A stretch of 64,000 nt of DNA from an uncultured Gammaproteobacteria bacterium (lineage in GTDB: Bacteria > Patescibacteriota > Microgenomatia > Levybacterales > UBA12049). Positions 57,501-64,000 of this stretch are shown here, piece after piece. The notes beneath the pieces were generated by a model, which was given only the letters and a program-made list of their open reading frames with translations, made no database searches and had not been told where the DNA came from. The stretch spans positions 1,057,887 through 1,121,886 of the forward strand of contig OZ246394.1 of NCBI GenBank assembly GCA_965230895.1. The letters run 5' to 3'. Both the position numbers and the translations under genes were made by a program. Every line of letters starts with the position of its first letter. Positions within the stretch are counted from its first letter, which is position 1.

Positions 57501-59097
57501 TGAAGAGACGTTACTTCCCGACCTCGAAACAGATGATCCTATTATTATCCGTAACTTAACTGACGAAGAAATCGCTAAAGTCGTGCAGGATATTCAACAA
57601 GATGGGATGTGGCCTGAGGAGTTATTATCACGTCCTCAAAAAGAGAGAGAAATAGACATCGATCAAAAATCTCTGGATAAATTAGCAAAGGCTTTAGATG
57701 ATACAATACCTCCACCTGTACCCCAAGAAACTCCAAGAAAATTTGATCCTTTGTGGGATGACGTGGAGTTTTTTATGACTCCAAAAGGAAAAATCCGAAA
57801 GGCTATGCATAAAGTCAGAGCACGGATGAAGAGACCGTTCAAGCAAACATGGGATATACCTCCACCACCAGATGTAGCGAGCTTCTTTACATCGCCGCCT
57901 ATTACATTACCTCCACCTGTTACACAGAAAGAGGTTGATAGAGAAATTGCAAGGCGTGTCGCAGAAGATCCAGAGTATATCCAGAAAGCTGTTGCAAAAC
58001 GAAAAAAGCGAGCTGTGAGTGCACCAGTGACAGCACCGAAAGCCGAGATCGTCGCAGATACAACCATAACTATACCTGAAGCAAAACCTGAACAAGAAGG
58101 ACAGAACGACGAATTGCTCAGAATACAAGAAGTGCAGCATATACAGAGTACTAATCAACTCTTCCTCATGGGGCTAAGTTCTTACTTGGGGCTTCGTCCG
58201 GGAAGCCACACTCGCCCACAATTTATAGAACATGTCATAGCGACCAATGGTAAAGCAGTTGCAGAACGAGGAACAGACATCGCAGAACGAACACTTCATT
58301 TACAAGTCTTATCTCTTGTCGATAAATTCCAAAAGATAGAGAATGATACATTTATCGAGACAGAATATACAGATATTACAAAGTCACTCAATAGATTACA
58401 GGGAATTATTACTATGTATAAAGCCAAATCTCCAGGCTTTGTACGATTATTACAACAACGTAAATATCCGACATACGATCAACATTTCATAGATATCATG
58501 GAGAGATCCGTGAAAGCATACACTGCATGGAATAAATCGCGTAAAAAGAGTATTGTTAAGTTCCCAACCATCCAGAGAGATCCAAAATTAGATGATGATG
58601 TATATAATAATCTCTTTAGTGATCCTCATTCTACATTTGATATACCATCTCAACCAAAGACAATTGTGCCTACACCTTCTCAAAGTCATCCAAATCAAGA
58701 ACTATTCTCTGATACCAGCTATACAGATCTCTTTAAAAATGATGAGAGTGTATTTGAATACGTAACTCCACCAAAAAAGTCTGTGATTACTCCTTCACAC
58801 CACCATCCAGAACAAGAAACTTTATCAGATCCTACGTACACTGATATGTTCAAGGATCCGAGTTCTGAATTTGATATCCAAATCCCAAATAAACCTATCG
58901 TACAAACTCCAACCCAAAATCATCCTGAACATGAGCAATTAACTAATAATGCATACAACAATCAATTTACATCAGATTCAGACGTAGAATTTCAATTGGC
59001 CAAAGCCTCCGAACCGAAAAAGCCAACAGAGCATCCGCAACAAGATCTGCTCGATGATAAAGCATACAGTGATCAATTCAAAAACCCAGAGAAATAG
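54535..59097 (+). CDS. giant (1520 aa) hypothetical protein with internal ~150-aa domain duplication, poly-proline motifs and C-terminal degenerate ~40-aa tandem repeats
   Basis: One uninterrupted ORF with no N-terminal signal peptide. Duplicated module at about aa 510-650 and 800-940 (PEIPGMKLVARDGSTCYFTVDEE... / PAIAGMKLVAKDGDNYFYTIDPE...). IPPPPPPTV, IPPPVPQETP, IPPPPDV, LPPPVTQ motifs. C-terminal repeats ...HP.QE.LSD.(S/T)YTD(L/M)FK...S.F(D/E)... Confidence 0.55.
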   Translation: MAEFDPSPDVKELAGKSDETDPALKAKTRVAELVAPSESVAKEIQDLAQKGGQELLKKHPHPEMKRIVEHATGVFLWEQMARPQNSESMLPPGLVARLDENNTIDTLAFDGEHLHRSEYVYVLDFLKKQGIVDQINGLQKKHREEKRADIIEAMDEYLQHSPAARLLETFMVTTDKQSGNGRNLRDLTDAEETRLRAQLEGNFQANIVPGMLAEINSNSGDTHSINASNGEFQRDPSVQFAKNTFIEKPLAMAATQDHDHTHENNQEKGVSRARLREYLNQEFFLKRVGLAPTELANIHVVEESRGFKTIHIKDPNGEKRYDAGAWFYFVEEQMKALNDTSYDVPREYSRIAFQIIGLSLYDKTDTRDPNTIIAAGYHKAATVFADYVDQQYVPLHERSTHHYDHSIHGLLWLNNAATPLQDGEPVRNERIGYDSGFYTSSSSVEIDSAYELDKKQRWPAGTIKHISDDTLLEIPRIITKNYARNKDLPLVPTEHTDFVLESQTESIARSAGTGWTDSGDPEIPGMKLVARDGSTCYFTVDEEKDPYEPSPKELSYIQRRLVSDFCQEIGMTGLSEQIDSFDTLNIGQMVSLLRQNVRYFVPEANVSERNGIRDWKAYVREDGILEGQSLLFAQFATKVFGIMYPNPDWKDSIKSVSGFAVDNRKNVRDFSHWQTEIKLPREEIDIIIDISPPFTSLLDTAKDVEKIPPPPPPTVDLPRTETTRTYEYVDHRQELTVTSSKEFKELLNTTIGNILFAEPEVFAETKQRLFSKVPKNDDLPTYEALPPEVADAVVLGIANKGTDLADNDHDPAIAGMKLVAKDGDNYFYTIDPESTDYKPVLEPIPTQMRNELTVTCLKLKMAGLAEEIQTAENLTVEKLRQLVRRYSKYSIPEDGDKAFRADNIFDLKYNDMIDEDGILRGQCDTFEFFWRRLGRVFDGTSSFDQESGFSLRNTPRISKARHGQTRMKKDGVNALIDVDPLHYDIPDLDEETLLPDLETDDPIIIRNLTDEEIAKVVQDIQQDGMWPEELLSRPQKEREIDIDQKSLDKLAKALDDTIPPPVPQETPRKFDPLWDDVEFFMTPKGKIRKAMHKVRARMKRPFKQTWDIPPPPDVASFFTSPPITLPPPVTQKEVDREIARRVAEDPEYIQKAVAKRKKRAVSAPVTAPKAEIVADTTITIPEAKPEQEGQNDELLRIQEVQHIQSTNQLFLMGLSSYLGLRPGSHTRPQFIEHVIATNGKAVAERGTDIAERTLHLQVLSLVDKFQKIENDTFIETEYTDITKSLNRLQGIITMYKAKSPGFVRLLQQRKYPTYDQHFIDIMERSVKAYTAWNKSRKKSIVKFPTIQRDPKLDDDVYNNLFSDPHSTFDIPSQPKTIVPTPSQSHPNQELFSDTSYTDLFKNDESVFEYVTPPKKSVITPSHHHPEQETLSDPTYTDMFKDPSSEFDIQIPNKPIVQTPTQNHPEHEQLTNNAYNNQFTSDSDVEFQLAKASEPKKPTEHPQQDLLDDKAYSDQFKNPEK

Positions 59098-59139
59098 ATA
59101 ATTCACTGCAGAGAATGCATATGATATAGTGAGTATTGT

Positions 59140-60114
59140 ATGATGGAAGCAGGAGCTGGAGAAGGAAGACCAGCATCAAAAGCAGAATTTTTAGCGATGC
59201 AGAATCCTCAAGAGACGAGAGATCAAGCTGCCTCAATTCTTCGAGATGGACCTTTTGCTCAAGAGGGGGATTATCGTGGAGCGGTTGATAAATTCGGTCT
59301 TGCGGTTAAAGGTAAGCCCGAACTTAACCAAGACCCATGGGTTAATTATGACATGGGTGTCTGCATGGTTCGATTAGGTGGAGAAGGTAACGTAAATCGC
59401 GGCATACGACTTCTTGAAAATGCGGTGAGGATTCAAGAACAAAGTGAAGAACCTGTCAATGAATGGATGCATCTTGGACTTGCGGAAGCATATGGAAGAG
59501 CCGATAGGTACGACGATGCGAAGAAAGAATATGAAGCGGCTCGCGCAGTTAATCCAGATAATGAGCAAGTTGCATTCCTCGATGGAGATGAAGAATATCG
59601 AGGTGATCGCGCATGGGCACTTCATGATGAAGCAAAGACTGACGCTAGCGAAGGAAGAAACCTCTTATCGCTTATAAAATATGAACGCGCAATTATACTT
59701 GGAGGAGAAGAGACCATGGCATGGTCTACACATGATAAAGGGAAAGTATTGTTAGCTTCAAATCATTTTGATGAATCAGCAAGAGAATTTCATCGAGCTA
59801 TGCAGCTCATGCCGAACGAAACGTGGCCTCATTCTGGTTTTGCTATGGCATTGGAACGAATGGATATTCCTCACACAATAGCTCGTGCTCGAGAAGAATA
59901 CGAAACAGCATTAAGACTTGATCCAGGCAATCATGAAGCTCAAGAAGGCTTAGAACGATTGGGAAGGACAACGCCTGAACAGCAACAACCTGGACAACCC
60001 GAAGAACCTGCACCACAAGTGCCAGAACATACAGATACAACCGCAGCTGATAAAGGTGGACTTGGCGGAATATTGAGAAGATTTGGCATAGGTGGGAAGC
60101 CTGGAAGAGAATAA
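59140..60114 (+). CDS. TPR-like repeat protein with Pro/Gln-rich C-terminus
   Basis: Helical repeats (LGLAEAYGRADRYDDAKKEYEAARAVNPDNE; ...ALRLDPGNHEAQEGL); C-terminal QQQPGQPEEPAPQ tail. Confidence 0.45.
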   Translation: MMEAGAGEGRPASKAEFLAMQNPQETRDQAASILRDGPFAQEGDYRGAVDKFGLAVKGKPELNQDPWVNYDMGVCMVRLGGEGNVNRGIRLLENAVRIQEQSEEPVNEWMHLGLAEAYGRADRYDDAKKEYEAARAVNPDNEQVAFLDGDEEYRGDRAWALHDEAKTDASEGRNLLSLIKYERAIILGGEETMAWSTHDKGKVLLASNHFDESAREFHRAMQLMPNETWPHSGFAMALERMDIPHTIARAREEYETALRLDPGNHEAQEGLERLGRTTPEQQQPGQPEEPAPQVPEHTDTTAADKGGLGGILRRFGIGGKPGRE

Positions 60115-60126
60115 AATTATAGAATT

Positions 60127-63100
60127 TTAATCTTCTGGTCCGTATGCAGTATCTATTCCTTCAGCTAGATTCTGATTATTACTAAATTGGACTCCAATCT
60201 TTCCTCCATTCAAACTAAATCTACGTACGCCCCAACCTGGAGTTTGATTGGTTAATGCAGCCTTTAGGCGATTATCTATATCACGCAAAATTCTTTCAGC
60301 TTGGCTATTGGCTGTTCCTCGAAGAAGACCAGGGACATCGATAGTATATTGCGCATCACCCACAAGTTCGATTGCTCCTTGCGAATTCACTCGGAAAGTA
60401 GCATTCTCTAAATGTACTGGGACAGTGACACCTGCTCTATTAAGGATAAATTCACCATTAATTTGTAGACTGCTATTTACAACGTTCATTCCTAATTCAC
60501 GAATCTCTGTCCCTCGAGGAAATAATCCATTATTATTCTGTAGGAATTCTGCCATCACTGTCGGCTGTACTTCAAAGATCTGCTCCCTTTGTCCTGGACC
60601 TGCGACACTTTCCAATCGATTGTTTAGGTCATTAAGGAGATTTTCTGAAGAGGTTAACTCTATAGCTCGGCCACGATCGGCGCCAGGCTCTTCTGGTTGA
60701 GGCGTAGATCCATCATTTTCTGGAGATGCTTGATCCCGAGCAGCTCGTACAGCATTATAGTCTCTAATCATGGGAATTTTTGAAATATAATTTGCATACA
60801 TATCGACATAATTTCCATTCCTATCGCGTTGATTTGCGTATTCTTGACGTCCCACTTGGGAAGTGTATTCATACGCTGGCGTCATCAAATCTCCTCCTTG
60901 TATCCAACTCTTTCGAACTCCGACAGAAGTAACAGCGCTTTTATCTTCAATTCCTCCAACCCATACACGATCCTTTACATCTCGGCAAAGCATATATCGA
61001 TAGTTCTTATCTTGAGACTCGTAAATTTCCATGGTGATATTTCCATACAAACTGGTTTGTTGTTGCCATGTCTCAATTGGGCCTTCAGAGAAATCAGGTG
61101 CAGCTTGTGGATCACTAAATTGGATATTTTCGGGCGCTAACTTTGCGCCATTAGCTCGACGCTCTTGCGCTGAAGCTTCAAAAGTACCTGGAAGAGAAAC
61201 AGGCGTTGCATCTACTTCAACCCTATACGTTATGTTTGCTCGTTCCTCAGCAATCTTTCCTATTTCTCGTGCAGTACCTGCGAAGTAGAAGTTAGGATTG
61301 CCCGGAGGAACTATCGGTGGAGTTGCCCTTGAAACGAGAATCGAATTAAGCGCTTCCTGCATCGCAATTGGAGCATTAATACTCTGCTCACTCATACCTT
61401 TGTCGTACCAATCTACACCGTCAGCGCCATCGGAAAGATAGGATGGGAGATATCGCCAAACTCCTTGAGAATTACTGAGGTAGAAAGTTCGAGCAACATA
61501 CCGATCATTTCTTTCATTTGGAACATACGCTACATATGCAGTCCTTCCTCGACTTACCTGATATGGATCAGAGAAGAGGATTGATTTCCCATCGATTTCC
61601 AATTTATATTGTGGCCCAAGGCCAGCTGCATCCAAATCATCCGGCTCTAGGTTTCGCTCTACATACCGAGTTGCTCCTGTTTCTTGATCACTCAGTCCTC
61701 TCAATCTGAACGGATGTGCATTAATTCTCACGCGGTTCATCACAGCTTCTCTTTCTTGCGCAGAGATAGCTAGCTCATGTACCTCGGCTGTTCCTGTCTG
61801 CTCAGTACCATAGGTTATTCCACGCGTGGTCGTATCACCTAATTCTGCGATCGTAGGGAATCTTGGAGTTCTTTCTTGTTCACGACGAGGGGTTCTATCC
61901 GGTCGTGCTTCAAATTGCGCTGTCATAGCAAGTTCTTCACCCCAACCTCGGTCTCCATTCCTGACTCGAGTTGCTTCGGCATCAGTAGGTTCACGTCTTA
62001 GGAGTTCACGAGCTTCCTCCATCCTTTGCGCTGCTGTTCCACCATCGACACGAGCTTCAGCCATTCTCCCAGTTATACGTACAGCCTGCTCAACATTCTG
62101 AGGAAGAGGTCGTTCATCAACTGGTGCTGGGATTGTAGTTTCTGGTGTCTCATTATTGTCTGGTTGAGGAGGATTGTCGCCAGGATTTGTTTGAGCTCCG
62201 GGTTGAATAGGAGGAATAGGTGCCGGAGCAGAATCTTCACGTTGCTGGAAACGTGATAATCCATCAACTAACCTGCTAACGTTTGTAAGACGTACATGTC
62301 CATTTTCAATGACATAGTCCACACCTAAGAATCCTGACGCACGTTGAAAAAGATCAGGGAACCTGTCTCCTAAATACTGATACTGTCCCTCAGAACCTGC
62401 TTGCCAAAACGCATCTAGTTCATGTTGCAATCTAGAAGGATCAAAGTCCTTTGGAATCTGTGCAAGAAGCTGCTGTTCGTCAAGCTTTCTAACTTCTGTA
62501 TTTTCATGAAATCCTCCATACATTTGAAGCAACGGTACACCTTGAGACATTGCAGATAAGAATCTTCGTGGGTTCGATACAATCTGGCTACTTGCAACAT
62601 ATGAAAACCTATCTGGATTACCATGTCTTGCATCAGAGATAAGCCATCCTAATTCCAAATCTTCAGCAAGAGTAGCTTCAGGGTTGTATCCACCAACAGC
62701 AGCAAATGTTGAAGCACGAACCGCTGAATTTCTTCCAATTAATCCTGCTGCTCGTCGTTGTCGAACCTCTGGATCACCAGCAGCATCATGTGCAATAACG
62801 CGATCTAAAATATACCAAAATCTCTCTGCAGCACGAAGGTTGGGATTAGCCAACGCATCTTCAGGGAGATCCCAACGGCCAGACGCTGCGTCGATATTTT
62901 TATTACCATCAAATCGTTGGACATAATCATCAATGTATCTATCACTTACAGCTTCTACATCTGCATCACCTGCAATTAAGAGTAATTCTCCATCACTTTG
63001 TGCTCGCTTTTGGCTTCGTAACAGAGCGATATCTGTAGCATACTTTCTAGCGTTTCCTACACCAGCAGTATCTCCTTCTTTCCATGGCTTATGGACATAC

Positions 63101-64000
63101 GAAACTCTCATCTCTGGATGCTCCAGCAGGAATACTCGAATTTCATCTTCAGTGTTGTCCTTGGCAACTCTTTCAGGATGATTATCAACGATTACAATTT
63201 CAAAAGCATCTGGGGACAACGGCTGTCCATTTTTTTGTTTCTGATTTAAATACTGCTCCAATGCCTTTTTAATATTTCGGCCCTCTTCATATGCTGGAAC
63301 TGTCACTACAGCACGCGTATGCTCAGACATAGGCCTGCCGATCACTGTATCCATTGCTTCAAGTTCTGCTCGATATTCAGGAGACCATGAATCTATATAT
63401 TTTGAGACTTCCTCCCTTTCATCCAATTCTGCTTCAGGATTATTCTTGAGGGTTTCTGATCGTCGCTTTGCATAGTCTTCACGTTTTAATAATCCTAATC
63501 CCTCAGCTCCTGATTCAGCACCATAATATCCATAGTATCCTGTTGGATAAATATCGGGATATCGCTTTGTAGGCTCTGCTGTAGAATCATTACCAGCTTC
63601 CAAAGGTCTTCTTGGCCATGGGAATGGCGTAGGGATTCCAATTGGATCCCATGGGTCTTCAGTGCCTTCAATATTTGCAGTAATATCAGTGACTGTGACA
63701 TTTTCATACAAATCTACATTAGGTGGTGTAGTACCTGTACCAAATATTGTGGCAAACGATTGCCATGCTTTCTCGCCACCCTTGGTATCAATCAACCGAC
63801 CTGCAGAAATTTGTCCACGACCTGTTCCATCAGGTCCACCCAAATTGAAAAGATCACGCTCTTGTGGGCGGACTTCTGAAGCGAAATCACCTTGAGGAAG
63901 TGTATTGTACACATCTCTGTTGATGAGCAAGTTGAATAACTCACGCTGCTCAATTTGCTGTCCATCTCCCAGCGTAATCATCTCCGATGAATTTGGATCA
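60127..64000 (-). CDS. giant (>1290 aa) hypothetical protein containing an embedded GT-A/family-2 glycosyltransferase-like domain; N-terminus beyond window end
   Basis: The ORF stays open to the window edge (codons upstream of the ATG at 63981 have no stop). GT2-like segment AVVTVPAYEEGRNIKKALEQY...IVIVDNH...LLLIAGDADVEAV (V.VP.YNE-like and DxD motifs) at about 62950-63340; the rest has no recognised domains and appears GC-richer by eye. Confidence 0.55.
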   Translation of the reverse strand, partial: DPNSSEMITLGDGQQIEQRELFNLLINRDVYNTLPQGDFASEVRPQERDLFNLGGPDGTGRGQISAGRLIDTKGGEKAWQSFATIFGTGTTPPNVDLYENVTVTDITANIEGTEDPWDPIGIPTPFPWPRRPLEAGNDSTAEPTKRYPDIYPTGYYGYYGAESGAEGLGLLKREDYAKRRSETLKNNPEAELDEREEVSKYIDSWSPEYRAELEAMDTVIGRPMSEHTRAVVTVPAYEEGRNIKKALEQYLNQKQKNGQPLSPDAFEIVIVDNHPERVAKDNTEDEIRVFLLEHPEMRVSYVHKPWKEGDTAGVGNARKYATDIALLRSQKRAQSDGELLLIAGDADVEAVSDRYIDDYVQRFDGNKNIDAASGRWDLPEDALANPNLRAAERFWYILDRVIAHDAAGDPEVRQRRAAGLIGRNSAVRASTFAAVGGYNPEATLAEDLELGWLISDARHGNPDRFSYVASSQIVSNPRRFLSAMSQGVPLLQMYGGFHENTEVRKLDEQQLLAQIPKDFDPSRLQHELDAFWQAGSEGQYQYLGDRFPDLFQRASGFLGVDYVIENGHVRLTNVSRLVDGLSRFQQREDSAPAPIPPIQPGAQTNPGDNPPQPDNNETPETTIPAPVDERPLPQNVEQAVRITGRMAEARVDGGTAAQRMEEARELLRREPTDAEATRVRNGDRGWGEELAMTAQFEARPDRTPRREQERTPRFPTIAELGDTTTRGITYGTEQTGTAEVHELAISAQEREAVMNRVRINAHPFRLRGLSDQETGATRYVERNLEPDDLDAAGLGPQYKLEIDGKSILFSDPYQVSRGRTAYVAYVPNERNDRYVARTFYLSNSQGVWRYLPSYLSDGADGVDWYDKGMSEQSINAPIAMQEALNSILVSRATPPIVPPGNPNFYFAGTAREIGKIAEERANITYRVEVDATPVSLPGTFEASAQERRANGAKLAPENIQFSDPQAAPDFSEGPIETWQQQTSLYGNITMEIYESQDKNYRYMLCRDVKDRVWVGGIEDKSAVTSVGVRKSWIQGGDLMTPAYEYTSQVGRQEYANQRDRNGNYVDMYANYISKIPMIRDYNAVRAARDQASPENDGSTPQPEEPGADRGRAIELTSSENLLNDLNNRLESVAGPGQREQIFEVQPTVMAEFLQNNNGLFPRGTEIRELGMNVVNSSLQINGEFILNRAGVTVPVHLENATFRVNSQGAIELVGDAQYTIDVPGLLRGTANSQAERILRDIDNRLKAALTNQTPGWGVRRFSLNGGKIGVQFSNNQNLAEGIDTAYGPED

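Noticed and set aside
1-64000. CRISPR arrays, tRNA genes, rRNA genes, IS/transposase or integrase genes
   Set aside because: No spaced direct repeats, no GTTCGA/T-loop-containing cloverleaf candidates in intergenic spacers, no rRNA-like conserved blocks, and no DDE/tyrosine-recombinase-like ORFs were seen. The Cas4-like nucleases have no repeat array or cas1/cas2 nearby.

Overview
The window looks like a low-GC, gene-dense bacterial segment with very short intergenic spacers and many overlapping start/stop codons, consistent with a reduced genome. By eye it resembles Candidate Phyla Radiation / Patescibacteria; a class I (archaeal-type) LysRS and the many unknown proteins point the same way. 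Recognisable core genes are the metG 3' end, tatD, lysK (class I), murB, greA, tsaD, rmuC, hup, rny, recX, recA, bcp, metK and two FKBP genes. An RNase P RNA and a candidate SAM riboswitch ahead of metK are visible directly in the sequence. The most notable content is: (i) a clearly eukaryote-like two-subunit ATP-citrate lyase (aclB-aclA) next to kbl-tdh; (ii) a tightly coupled envelope-glycopolymer cluster (processive QxxRW GT2 + GT-C transferase + WecA/MraY-type phosphotransferase + UbiA/DPPR-synthase-like prenyltransferase); (iii) a recA - unknown 384-aa protein - recX arrangement; (iv) a UvrD-type helicase fused to a Cas4/AddB-like Fe-S nuclease, plus a separate standalone Cas4-like nuclease, a DUF559-like endonuclease and a standalone LigD-type phosphoesterase, with no CRISPR array anywhere; (v) two giant, apparently GC-richer proteins of unknown function (1520 aa with internal duplications and C-terminal tandem repeats; >1290 aa with an embedded GT2-like domain, truncated by the window edge) and a 1000-aa secreted beta-helix protein with four C-terminal carbohydrate-binding-like modules. 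No tRNA, rRNA, CRISPR or transposase was found. All family assignments are from motif recognition by eye, not database searches. The ORF track uses non-ATG starts in places, so several starts were moved to the nearest ATG with a plausible RBS.
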